Source of the DNA: Planctomycetota bacterium
Lineage (GTDB): Bacteria > Planctomycetota > Planctomycetia > Pirellulales > UBA1268
DNA length: 64,000 nucleotides
Assembly (NCBI GenBank): GCA_031403195.1
Contig: JANNSZ010000095.1
Coordinates: 4,681-68,680 of the forward strand
Direction: 5' to 3'
Part shown: one piece after another, positions 49,217 through 58,980 of the stretch
How positions within the stretch are numbered: position 1 is the stretch's first letter
How the letters are laid out: the number at the start of each line of letters is the position of its first letter
Position numbers and translations under genes: made by a program
The notes under the pieces: generated by a model
Told to the model about the DNA's origin: nothing
Seen by the model: the letters and a program-made list of their open reading frames with translations, nothing else
Database searches by the model: none

Positions 49217-50626
49217 ATGGCTGTCACACGAAAGAGCACTCGCCGATCCAAGCCTTCGCCAGCAACGTCGCGCCCCAGTCGAAAGTTAAACCCTAAGACA
49301 CCCGCGCGATCGGCTCCGATACGGCCATCAAAGAAGGCGAGTCAAATTCTCGACGCAGTGGGGGAGGCTGTCTCTCAGGCGCAGGTACTTGCGACGAAGA
49401 CGCAGGAGCAGTTCACTGCGTGGTCGTCACACCCGCCCACCACTGGCAATCGCCGAACGCGCTTTGCGAACACCCTCGAGAAGTGGGCGAATGAGTCGGC
49501 CGATATTGCCAAGGTGCTAGAGAGGGCTGAGAAGATCGAGGCCCAATTGCCGAAGGCTGTGGCCTGTGCTCCTGATGAACGTGCGGCAAAGATCATCTTG
49601 AAAGGGTTGAGAGCCGCAGACACGATTCGGTTAATGCGCGAGTTCTCCTTGACGGCGCGGTCTCTAGCTAATCGCGCCCGCAAACCACTCACTCCCGAGG
49701 ATGCCGATAAGGTTTGGGCGGATGCGTCAGACTTCGTCAAGCACCTCGGCCAAGTTGCTGATGACCTGCGAGAGATCGGGGCTCTCATCAAAGCCATGCG
49801 GGACCGTTTTCGAGATCCCTCCAAGGGCATCGACACGTCGAGCGACATGCTGCTTCCGGGAACCCCAAGTGTGGATCACTTGGAAGAGATGATCGAGAAG
49901 CTCTTGGGCATGATGCAATTTGCGAGTCAGGAGTTGTCTCAATCTGGGACGCGCGGCAGAAATTGCACGACCATCGCAGAACAACTCGAGGCGGCTATGT
50001 TTGCCGTCAGCCGATACGACGTTCAGTGCGAGTTGTTTCGAACATCAATAAAGGCAGACTCAGACCTGGCTGAGCTTCTCAAGCCTGGCTCCACCAATCC
50101 GTTTTCGCCGATAGCTGCCAAGATCAATGCGGTCATTGAAACGGCCACGCTTAAGGGCCAGTGGTGCAGGGGATGGTTGAATTTTGTGATCAGCCGATTC
50201 GATGCGGCCTGCGAGCTGCCTGCGGAGATGCCGATTCGACTGGCCAAAGGTGTCCATGACTTGCATGCTGTCATCAAGATAGCGAAACAGTGGCGCGGCG
50301 ATGGTGTTGCCGGCTCATCACTGGTCAAGCCGGTTGTCTATGAGCCTAGTCGCTTCCCCGAGGACTCAATCAAGGTGCTTCGGGCGCTTCTGGAGGATCC
50401 ACCTACATCCTCGTCGGTCCACACGATCAAGAGTCTGTCGAAGGCGACCGGCATCGGTGATCAGAAAATTCGTCGCACCCTTCTCAAAGTTCTCGGCCCA
50501 AAAGGGGCTCGTTTCGTTGTAGTGACGAAGCAATCGCGACGCGCAGGAAAGTTCTCGCCTCCCGACACGTACGCGATCCCGACGACTCTCATTGAAGTCG
50601 TCCGTGATCTGCTGACGAAACGCTGA
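49217..50626 (+). CDS. Hypothetical helical protein with a C-terminal winged-HTH-like domain
   Basis: 469-aa ORF; C-terminus IKVLRALL...TIKSLSKATGIGDQKIRRTLLKVL...TYAIP. Confidence 0.7.
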   Translation: MAVTRKSTRRSKPSPATSRPSRKLNPKTPARSAPIRPSKKASQILDAVGEAVSQAQVLATKTQEQFTAWSSHPPTTGNRRTRFANTLEKWANESADIAKVLERAEKIEAQLPKAVACAPDERAAKIILKGLRAADTIRLMREFSLTARSLANRARKPLTPEDADKVWADASDFVKHLGQVADDLREIGALIKAMRDRFRDPSKGIDTSSDMLLPGTPSVDHLEEMIEKLLGMMQFASQELSQSGTRGRNCTTIAEQLEAAMFAVSRYDVQCELFRTSIKADSDLAELLKPGSTNPFSPIAAKINAVIETATLKGQWCRGWLNFVISRFDAACELPAEMPIRLAKGVHDLHAVIKIAKQWRGDGVAGSSLVKPVVYEPSRFPEDSIKVLRALLEDPPTSSSVHTIKSLSKATGIGDQKIRRTLLKVLGPKGARFVVVTKQSRRAGKFSPPDTYAIPTTLIEVVRDLLTKR

Positions 50627-50646
50627 AATTCGCCCTGAAAAACGCC
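50624..50646 (+). repeat. 23-bp inverted repeat, right copy (contains the ORF stop codon)
   Basis: TGAAATTCGCCCTGAAAAACGCC. Confidence 0.9.
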
Positions 50647-50755
50647 CCCATTGCCCGACGTCTGGGATACCGGAAGCGTCGGCCACCTGTTGCAGCGGCT
50701 TCGTTGCGGGTGGGCGGGATTTTTTAGCAAGCGGCCTGAAAGGGCCGGGAAAAGG

Positions 50756-51694
50756 ATGGGCGTTATGGAGCTTGATGAAGGCTTCTCAGACGAAGCATGG
50801 GATGAAAATGCTGATTCAGGTTGCGAGATCAGCCGGGGTAGCAGTCCGGGCGAGCGAGATGATGGCGCGGTAGGTGTCGCCGATGATGTGGCGGCCCGTG
50901 TGGTGGATGAACCCGCGCCGGATGCCGTTGATGGCGGCGGTGATGGCGACATCGATTCGGCAGGTGCTACTGGCCGCGAGCCAGCTCAACCTGTCTTTGA
51001 TGAACGCGAGGCAATCGTAAATGACAGGGCCCGGGGGCCAGCTCATGAGATCGCCGTGAAGGTCGAGGAAGTCGCAGCCATTCATGGCTTCATGATCGAC
51101 CTCGACTGCGGAATTCTCAATCCTGATGTTCTCGGGGCAGACGCGGTGGCTTCTGCCGAGGCGCTCTACAACGAGCATGTGAGCCACTGGCTCGACCGTG
51201 ATCCCGTGCTGGCGAAAGCAGAGGTACGTGATACGGGCGGCGGCCTCCACGTGCTATTGTGGCTCGACCAGCCGATCCTGTGCGGTAGTGAAGAGGCTCG
51301 CGAATGGGACGCCATTGCCCGCGGCATCCGCAATGCTCTCCCGGGTGACCCGAGCGTGAATGGCATCATTGCCATGACGCGACCGGTGGGGGCGCTGAAT
51401 ACCAAGTATGAGCCGCCTCGCGAAGTTCGTCAGCTTCGCGAGGGGCACCCAATCACGCGCGATGAGATTCTTGCCTTCGACCGACGAGTGACCGATCACC
51501 CGGCGCGATTATGGATGACGGTTTTCTGTGGTGGCGAGCGTGTGTCACCGTGCCCGATGTGCCGGGCCGAGGGTTCATCGCTCGGTGTGGCGGGCAGCTG
51601 GCAGTGTCGGTGTTACGGGTGTGGGCGGGTTAGTGCCGCCTCGCTCGTCTATCGGTTTTTTTCGAACGACTTCCTTACGAAACGAATGGGGTGA
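50756..51694 (+). CDS. AEP-superfamily primase (RepB'-like) with a C-terminal Zn finger
   Basis: Motif I FMIDLD, motif II DTGGGLHVLLWL, D...TRPVGALNTK; CPMC...CYGC. Confidence 0.75.
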   Translation: MGVMELDEGFSDEAWDENADSGCEISRGSSPGERDDGAVGVADDVAARVVDEPAPDAVDGGGDGDIDSAGATGREPAQPVFDEREAIVNDRARGPAHEIAVKVEEVAAIHGFMIDLDCGILNPDVLGADAVASAEALYNEHVSHWLDRDPVLAKAEVRDTGGGLHVLLWLDQPILCGSEEAREWDAIARGIRNALPGDPSVNGIIAMTRPVGALNTKYEPPREVRQLREGHPITRDEILAFDRRVTDHPARLWMTVFCGGERVSPCPMCRAEGSSLGVAGSWQCRCYGCGRVSAASLVYRFFSNDFLTKRMG

Positions 51695-51698
51695 TGAC

Positions 51699-53612
51699 AT
51701 GGTGAGTTTTGCTGACTTTGATAGCCGTGGTGACCACAACTGGATCGTGCGAGACCTGAAGGCGGCACGTGCCGCGCTGGTGGCAGTGGAGCGGGGGTGT
51801 ACCCGTCCCAAGCTGATCTCGAGCGTGACGCCGGCGGGCCAATTTATTGGTGATGCACACGAGACGATTTTCGAGGTGATGGGCCATCTTCGTGGGTCCG
51901 GCCGACTCTATCGGCAGGGAAATACGACGATCTTCCTGCATGGCCGCACCAGGCCGGACGGTAGCTGCGGTCCGACGCCGATCGTAGTGGATGGCATCGT
52001 CACCAAAGTGGCCTCGCCGATCATCGGCAACGTGCTGATGTGCCGGGCCCTCAAATCCAATCCGAGTGGGAAGGGGGCGAAGGCCGATCAGCCGGTGGAG
52101 TACGAGACCCAGTTTCCGGTGCCTCTGCCCGTACTCCAACAGGCGTTCGTCTCGGACGGCAGCATGGACGAGATCCCTGAGGCCCGGTACATCGTCAATC
52201 ATCCTGTCTACGACAAGGATTTCACGTGGCTGGATGTCGGCTACCACGATCTGCAACGCATCCTCGTATGCGGAGAGTCGTTTGAGCCTGTGTTCCTGGA
52301 CCCGCCGCGGTTCGAGACACCGCCTATAGAGGTTGCGGACGTCCTTAACCGGTTGCCACCGCTGATCCGCCGAATGGTTGAGGGCTTCCACTGGAACGGT
52401 GCCGTTGACCTCATCAACTATATAGGTGCGGCACTGATGATCCCGCTGATGCCGGCGCTCGTCGAGGATGGTCACCCGGGTGTGATGTTTTGGGGCAACC
52501 AACCGAGCATTGGAAAATCACTCGCCGCCCAATGCCTCGCCATTCTGAAGGACGGCGAGCAGGCATCGCCGACATCAGTAGAGGGTGGCGCACGCGAGGT
52601 TGAGAACCAGATGGCGAGCGAGCTCAACGATGGGCGGACGGTGCTTTTTATTGACAACCAGAAGGGCATGCTCAATATCCCGATCATTGAAGCCAACATG
52701 ACGGCCAAGCAATTAGCTATTCGTGGTTTTCACGTCCAGAAAAAGGTGCGGCGGCCCAACGACCTGCTCTGGCTCATCACGACGAACGACGCCATGCCGA
52801 GCGATGACCTCCTTTCGCGATGCATTCACATTCGATTGTGCTACGAGGGGCTGCCAGATTCGCATCGGTTTGCCATGTCGGACGGCGAGCTTGTGGCTTT
52901 TGTCAGCCACAATCGATCGGCCATCCTGGCCGAATTTGCAGGCATGATCGGCGCGTGGTTGGCGGGTGGACGGCCTGAAGCCGGATCACCTTGTCGCTTC
53001 GCCATTGCCGGTGGCGTGATCGGCAGCGTGCTCACCTACAACGGACTGTCCGGGTTCTTATCGAATACCCGCGAGGAAATCCGTGAGAACTCTGCTAAGC
53101 AACAGCAGTTGATCGAGCTTGTGGGGCGGATCATCGACAGCCGACTGCCAGGGTTCATGTGGGAGATCGATGGCGACATCGATGTAGCCGATGCTGTGTT
53201 CAAGAAAGAGGGGCCGCCAAAGAGCCCAATGGAGCAGAAGGACTGGGTGCCATACCTCATAGGAGTAGGCGCGATCCCCCCGTCGTGTGACACGCCCCAG
53301 AAGCAGAAGAAGGCCGTCACGCAGTACATGGGGAGCGTCGTCAAGGTGCCTATTGAGGTCGCATATGGCGAGGTGACGGTGCAGGCCATGATCGTGAGTC
53401 GCCCACTGCGAAGCCGGCGGTCGTGCTACGTGCTTGCCGTGTGCGGTCTGCCGCCGGCACCAGGGGGCGCACCGGAGAGTAGCAGTGACCCCAGTTGGCT
53501 CGCCGGCGCCGACGCCGACGACGAGGCTAGCACCGAGTCGGCCGCTGACATGCCCGACGATGAGGCCGGATCGGCTGACATCAAGGAGTTGGGTGAAAGT
53601 TTATGGGATTAA
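51699..53612 (+). CDS. Primase-associated P-loop ATPase/helicase
   Basis: Walker A GNQPSIGKS, Walker B VLFIDN, sensor ITTN, DDLLSRC arginine finger; starts 4 bp after the primase stop. Confidence 0.75.
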   Translation: MVSFADFDSRGDHNWIVRDLKAARAALVAVERGCTRPKLISSVTPAGQFIGDAHETIFEVMGHLRGSGRLYRQGNTTIFLHGRTRPDGSCGPTPIVVDGIVTKVASPIIGNVLMCRALKSNPSGKGAKADQPVEYETQFPVPLPVLQQAFVSDGSMDEIPEARYIVNHPVYDKDFTWLDVGYHDLQRILVCGESFEPVFLDPPRFETPPIEVADVLNRLPPLIRRMVEGFHWNGAVDLINYIGAALMIPLMPALVEDGHPGVMFWGNQPSIGKSLAAQCLAILKDGEQASPTSVEGGAREVENQMASELNDGRTVLFIDNQKGMLNIPIIEANMTAKQLAIRGFHVQKKVRRPNDLLWLITTNDAMPSDDLLSRCIHIRLCYEGLPDSHRFAMSDGELVAFVSHNRSAILAEFAGMIGAWLAGGRPEAGSPCRFAIAGGVIGSVLTYNGLSGFLSNTREEIRENSAKQQQLIELVGRIIDSRLPGFMWEIDGDIDVADAVFKKEGPPKSPMEQKDWVPYLIGVGAIPPSCDTPQKQKKAVTQYMGSVVKVPIEVAYGEVTVQAMIVSRPLRSRRSCYVLAVCGLPPAPGGAPESSSDPSWLAGADADDEASTESAADMPDDEAGSADIKELGESLWD

Positions 53613-53645
53613 CCCATACGTCGCCATGGGCTCTGTAGCCCATGG

Positions 53646-53960
53646 CGATGGTGAAGTGGTGAAGACATGGTGAAGACCCAAAAATCAGTCTTCACCATCG
53701 TTTGGATGCAGAACACTAGGCCTTTTTGAGAAAGTGGTGAAGTGATGAAGACAAAAGACAGTGTTGGGACAGCAAATCAATCGAGGCATCTCATGCCTCC
53801 AGGGCACGCTACCGGAACGCCCCTCGGAACGAATCCAGCCGGACATGGTGTTTCATCTTCACCACTTCACCATTCTTCAAAAACCACTGGAAAACAAGTC
53901 CCAAACGACGGTGAAGACCCAATAAACAGTCTTCACCATGTCTTCACCACTTCACCATCG
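53646..53960. repeat. Iteron-rich long inverted repeat (putative replication origin)
   Basis: ~105-bp arms built from TGGTGAAG units; outermost ~32 bp perfectly inverted; internal hairpins ggtgaagac-N10-gtcttcacc. Confidence 0.8.
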
Positions 53961-56213
53961 GGCGGCTTCCTGCTTGCCTTCGGTGCGGCCCAGTACCCGT
54001 TTCGGCGCTGGGTGCCCGCCTATGGTCGCGTGATCACCGGCCGCTTCGCGCTGGACACGGAGACGACCCTCATCGATGACACCCGGCCGGCCAGCATTCC
54101 CGCGCTCGTGCTTGGCATGGCCTTCGATGGGCAGCAGGGTTGGTTCGTGACGGCCGAGGACATGCCAGCGTTCCTTGCCGCACACCCATCGAACCAGCTG
54201 ATCTTTCACAATGCCGCCTTCGACCTAGCGGTGCTCCAGGCGACTTTTGACCGTCGAGGGATAGCCGCCGACGTCTATGCCCGTGTCGAAGCCGGTCGGG
54301 TCGCAGATACCCAGATCCTTGCGCGGCTCATCTCGCTTGCCACAAATGGCCACACCGCGCGTAACCAGTGTTCCCTCGACTACTGCTCCCAAAAATACCT
54401 TGGCGTCGCGCTTCCCAAAGACCTTAAGACACCGGGCGGCGAATGTGTCCGGCTCACCTTCGGCAGATACCATGGCCGACCGTTTGAAGCGCTACCGGTC
54501 GAACACTTGACCTACGCCGCGATGGATCCAGTGGCGACACTCCTGCTGTTCGACCGGCTGAAGGCTGAAATCCCCACGATCAAAGCCAATGCGTATCAGG
54601 CGTTTGGTTACGCGGATGAAAGCTGGCTCGCACGGCAATGGAGCACGCACGGGCCCCTCACGCACGACATTCAACTCAAGGCCAGCATCGTCCTTTACCA
54701 GCTCTCGCGTACGGGTGTCTTGATCGACCAACGCCGCCGCGAGGAGAAGGTGGCGACTCTGCAACACGTCGTCACTGAAACCCGCCGGATGCTCGCGCTA
54801 GCCGGACTTCCAGTTGAAGGCAAAGGGGCCAAATCAGCTCTCCTCAAGCGCATCGAAAGGTTGTCTCGCGAGCATAAGAACCTACCACTCATCCACACGG
54901 AGTCTGGCCAGATAGCAACGAGCGAGGAGCAGCTCAAAGAACTCACCGTATTGGATCCCGTGCTCGATGTCTTACTCCAGCATCGGCAAGCCACAAAACT
55001 TCTCTCGACCTACGCCTCCAAGATGCATCCGGGGAAGCGCGTCCATGGCAAGTTCAACTACCTCATGAGCACCGGCCGGACGAGTTGCGGCGGCGGGTTC
55101 AACCTCCAGAACTTGCCGAAGGAACTCGACGCCACCAGCAACCACGAGACGACGATCCGCGGCTGCTTCGTGCCGGCGCCTGGAAAAGTTTTCGTGGTGG
55201 TGGACTACGCCCAGATCGAGTTGGTCGTGCTGGCGTGGGCCTGGAAACACCAAATGGGCTTCGGGGACAGCCTTCACAAGATCGTCACTAAGGGCCGCGA
55301 CATGCACCGGCTCATCGCGGCGGAAGTGCTCGGCAAGGATCCAGCCGACGTCACGAAGCAGGAACGCAATGCTGCCAAACCTGTATCGCTCGGTCGCCCT
55401 GGTGGTCTTGGCTGGAAAACGATTCAGAAGCAGGCCTTGAATACGTACGGCGTCGAGCTGAGCGAGGAGCAGGTCCGTGAGCGGATGCAGGCGTATGAGA
55501 CCCTGTGCCCGGAGCTGACCGAGCACCTGAAGACCCGCGTGGATGCCGGTCTCGAAATCGCGCAGGCACTCGGGATGACGCTGCTCGCCTACAACGCTGC
55601 ACGCGGCAAGCCTACGCGCTATCCTAAGGTCACTGATGAAGAGCCCACAGGTTGGCTCGGCGGCATGCTCATGAAGGTTCTTGAATCGCCGGGCCCCATG
55701 ACGCGAGGCAACAGCGATACGAATTCATCACCACGGCTCTACACGCCCCAGGAGACCAACTTCTTCTGGACCGCGGCAGAGAGGCTTTCGGCATTCGGGC
55801 TCGACGAGAAGCACATCAAGGACATCCGGGCCCGAAAGCCATCACGGTCACTTCGAGATGCCGTGGCCGGGATCTTCAGTCGCGAGCCCATCATCACAGC
55901 AACTGGCCGCATACGCGCAAATGCCAGCTACTCCGCATGTAGAAACGGAATCATGCAGGGACTAGCCGCTGACGGTGCGATTCACGCGCTCTGGAAGCTC
56001 ATGCGGGCCGGCTACACGATCACCAACTTCATTCACGACGAAGTGATCATTGAGGTGCCTGAGGATGAAAATCTCCCTGCCACGATCGCCGACATCGAAC
56101 GGCTCATGAAGGAGGGTATGCAGGTTGTGGTTCCTGGCGCCAATGTCCGCGTGGAGACTTCGGTGCGGCGGTCGTTTAGCAAGGCGGACGAGATTGCTTC
56201 GGCGAGCCCATGA
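53742..56213 (+). CDS. Family A DNA polymerase (3'-5' exonuclease plus polymerase, no 5' nuclease)
   Basis: ExoI LDTETT, ExoII HNAAFD, ExoIII YAAMD, TGRTSC..NLQNLP, motif A DYAQIEL, motif B RNAAKPVSLG, motif C IHDE; start uncertain. Confidence 0.92.
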   Translation: MMKTKDSVGTANQSRHLMPPGHATGTPLGTNPAGHGVSSSPLHHSSKTTGKQVPNDGEDPINSLHHVFTTSPSGGFLLAFGAAQYPFRRWVPAYGRVITGRFALDTETTLIDDTRPASIPALVLGMAFDGQQGWFVTAEDMPAFLAAHPSNQLIFHNAAFDLAVLQATFDRRGIAADVYARVEAGRVADTQILARLISLATNGHTARNQCSLDYCSQKYLGVALPKDLKTPGGECVRLTFGRYHGRPFEALPVEHLTYAAMDPVATLLLFDRLKAEIPTIKANAYQAFGYADESWLARQWSTHGPLTHDIQLKASIVLYQLSRTGVLIDQRRREEKVATLQHVVTETRRMLALAGLPVEGKGAKSALLKRIERLSREHKNLPLIHTESGQIATSEEQLKELTVLDPVLDVLLQHRQATKLLSTYASKMHPGKRVHGKFNYLMSTGRTSCGGGFNLQNLPKELDATSNHETTIRGCFVPAPGKVFVVVDYAQIELVVLAWAWKHQMGFGDSLHKIVTKGRDMHRLIAAEVLGKDPADVTKQERNAAKPVSLGRPGGLGWKTIQKQALNTYGVELSEEQVRERMQAYETLCPELTEHLKTRVDAGLEIAQALGMTLLAYNAARGKPTRYPKVTDEEPTGWLGGMLMKVLESPGPMTRGNSDTNSSPRLYTPQETNFFWTAAERLSAFGLDEKHIKDIRARKPSRSLRDAVAGIFSREPIITATGRIRANASYSACRNGIMQGLAADGAIHALWKLMRAGYTITNFIHDEVIIEVPEDENLPATIADIERLMKEGMQVVVPGANVRVETSVRRSFSKADEIASASP

Positions 56214-57532
56214 GCAGATACGAAAAACCGAGGCGCCGAATCCAGGTGCCTGTTCGTCTCGGTATCCGTCGTGACCACTCTCCTACGGTTACGGGAGAAA
56301 CACCTCCACCTTAAGCCCCAGGAGAAACCGCCATTCCCTGTGTTCGATCGAGAAAGCCCGCCTTGAAGAACACCACTACGAGCCCATTTCGTCCCTACCC
56401 ATCACCACCCAGAAGCGCCAAGAACCAACCACCCTCGCTCCAAAACCGATTCCCGCCTTCTTATCAAACATCACACGAGCCCCAAATTCGCTCCCTAAGC
56501 CCCGAATTCCAGCCAAAGGTCTCTCCACGCCTAGAACACCCTAATAACCCGTTAGAAGCCAAATGCGGGCCTCCTATCGCCACACAACGCCGCGACCCAG
56601 AACTGCGTGAATGACCTGGGCTAGAAACCACCATCAGCCCGAATTTATCACTCTCATTCGCCGCTCTTTCCGCCGTCATCCGCAGAAATGTTATCACTTC
56701 ATGCCGTATTACTTTCTCCCACCATCTCTAAAATCAGCCACCAGCACGCACGCTCAAGAAATGCCTAAAAAGCAGGCATGATAAATTCCACTGCTTCTTT
56801 CGTGAGCGTTATATTTCCTAGGCGTGCTGCGGAATAACGGCGGGCTTAGCGGCGGCTCTTATTACGCTCTAGATGTATTTGGCGTAATTCGAGAAACGGG
56901 GAATAACAGCAAACGCACAAATGGGGTTATTCCGGAAATGTAAAAGCCTCGTAATTCATTATAAACAGAATTGGCGTTATTATGTCTTGTGCGAATAGCC
57001 GCCACGAGAAATGTTAATTTATCACCACGCGAAGCCAGGGCCCACGAGCCAAGCCAAGTAACCCGAGCATGGAGCCAGGGACAGCACGCGAGCTTCATTG
57101 GGGCGTCAGCGAATTTCACAAAGAGTGCGAAGGCAAGGGAGCGAGACCGGCGAGAAAGCCCCCAGAAACCAGCCAAGAAACGCACTCGAGGGAAAGCCAG
57201 GAACGAGTCGCGTGGTTTCTCCTCCCCCATGAACGCCACCAATAGCACCGACCCCTGACTCTCTTCCCGCCTTCATCCCGTCTGTCGCGTAAAAAATGCC
57301 AATGCCAAGGCGGTCAAGGTGCGAACAGCTAAATCCTGCTCAAAAACCGGGCATATGAAGGGATAGCGGATAGTAGTCAGCGAGTAGGCCCCAGAGCCAT
57401 CGCATTCTCAAGCCGGCCAGCCCCATCGCGATTCCAGCCGGCGATCGCTCCCAAACCCAGCCTGTGAAATTCCGCTGGCTCTCGCTGGCTCTTTCGCCGC
57501 TCTTCCCCGCCCTCATTCAGGAGAACCTTTCA

Positions 57533-57709
57533 GTGACCCCATTTGTTTTGTGTGCCCTGCTTTCCGTCGGCCTCGCTCTCGCCCTCGCTCGTGAAAGCCG
57601 ACTCCGCAGGGCTCTCCAAGCTCTCGTCGGCAGGCTCCTCAACCAACTCAGAAATCCCCCACCCGAATCTTTCACTTCTCGCTCACCTCAATATCGGAGA
57701 CGCGTATGA
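57533..57709 (+). CDS. Small membrane protein
   Basis: AGGAG Shine-Dalgarno, GTG start, hydrophobic helix then RESRLRRALQAL; stop overlaps the next ATG. Confidence 0.65.
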   Translation: MTPFVLCALLSVGLALALARESRLRRALQALVGRLLNQLRNPPPESFTSRSPQYRRRV

Positions 57710-58374
57710 CCAGTTTCATTTTTCTCATCGCTGCGTTCTGTGCCTGCTGCTCCTGGCTCGTCTGGCTGTTATGGCGAGTGCTCATGCTCGCGTTCATGTC
57801 GTTCCGCAGGGCCGCCAGAATTTTCACGCTCGGTATTTGCGCAATTGCCGCGTGCACCCCAGGGCCAGTTCATGCAGGCTGGTTTTGGGGACCCGATCCG
57901 AAAGTAGAAGCGGCGAACCAGGCTCTTCAAAGCGCTGCACAGATAGCGACGGAAGCAGCGCAGACTCAATCAGCCCAGCAGGCACAACTTCTTCACGCGA
58001 TCGAGCAGCTATCCAGTGAGCGAACCCACCTGGCAAACCATCTGCGGAACCTTGGTGACTTTTCGCAGCGTGAGTCTGTATGGGCGGCTGCATTGAACGC
58101 GATAGGCCCAGTGCTCGTTGCTGTGAGTGTCCTGATGGTCGCGGTCATGGCTTTGTATGTGCAAGCCAAGGCGAGCCCAGGTGATTCCCAGGCGGCAGCG
58201 GCTCTCGTTGAAGAAATCCTGAGTCCCCAAGGTTCGCTCTTCGTAGGCGGGCATCAGGAACCGGGAATAGCCCAGCACGAGAAGCAGCAAGAGAAAATCG
58301 CCGGCAGGAAATTCTCAGGGCTCGAGCATGCGTACCCAGACTCTTCACCACACACCCAGGACATGCCCTTCTAA
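57706..58374 (+). CDS. Membrane protein with a coiled coil
   Basis: N-terminal hydrophobic segments, Q/A-rich coiled coil, further TM helix. Confidence 0.75.
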   Translation: MTSFIFLIAAFCACCSWLVWLLWRVLMLAFMSFRRAARIFTLGICAIAACTPGPVHAGWFWGPDPKVEAANQALQSAAQIATEAAQTQSAQQAQLLHAIEQLSSERTHLANHLRNLGDFSQRESVWAAALNAIGPVLVAVSVLMVAVMALYVQAKASPGDSQAAAALVEEILSPQGSLFVGGHQEPGIAQHEKQQEKIAGRKFSGLEHAYPDSSPHTQDMPF

Positions 58375-58376
58375 CC

Positions 58377-58745
58377 ATGAGCCACATCGTCGAAATCAAA
58401 ACCGAAATCCGAGACGAGCAGGCCGTACGGTCAGCTTGCTCTCGGCTGCAACTCGAACCGCCCGAGCACAAGACCACGAAGATGTTTTCGGGAACCGCGA
58501 CCGGTCTGTGCGTCTACCTTCCGAAGTGGTGCTATCCGGTCGTCTGCGATCTCAAGACGGGCCAGATCAAGTACGACAACTACGAAGGCCACTGGGGCGA
58601 GCAAAAGCATCTCAACTCGTTCCTCCAGGGGTATGCCGTCGAGAAAGCCAAGATCGAAGCCAGGAAGAAGGGGCACTCGGTCACGGAAACCAAGCTCCAT
58701 GATGGCTCGATTCGTGTGACCGTTCGTATTGGAGGTGCGGCATGA
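58377..58745 (+). CDS. DUF1257 (Ycf35-like) protein
   Basis: MSHIVEIKTEIRD...W.YPVV...YDNYEGHWG...Q.YAVE...DGSIRV. Confidence 0.85.
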   Translation: MSHIVEIKTEIRDEQAVRSACSRLQLEPPEHKTTKMFSGTATGLCVYLPKWCYPVVCDLKTGQIKYDNYEGHWGEQKHLNSFLQGYAVEKAKIEARKKGHSVTETKLHDGSIRVTVRIGGAA

Positions 58746-58948
58746 CGAGCACCCCAACAAGAACCATCGAGATCACCGTGTCGCCTGAAGGAGCCACGAG
58801 CATCAAGACGTCGGGCTTCACTGGCTCCACATGCAAAGACGCCACGCGAGAACTGGAGCGGGCCCTTGGAGTTGCCGGCCGTGAAAGCCTGTCGCCGGAG
58901 TTCTATGGGCAGGTCACGAACGCCGAGCAGATCCGCCAGGGCTCGTGA
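58742..58948 (+). CDS. DUF2997 protein
   Basis: IEITVSPEG...TSGFTGSTCKDATRELERALG...PEFY. Confidence 0.85.
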   Translation: MTSTPTRTIEITVSPEGATSIKTSGFTGSTCKDATRELERALGVAGRESLSPEFYGQVTNAEQIRQGS

Positions 58949-58980
58949 CCGTCCAGAAACGCCACCTCAAGGAACCCCAC

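Noticed and set aside
53646-53960. Possible CRISPR array
   Set aside because: Units are 8-10 bp in inverted arrangement, without unique regular spacers; no cas genes.
56210-56314. 34-aa ORF overlapping the PolA stop (ATGA)
   Set aside because: Too short, with no motif; cannot be supported without conservation data.
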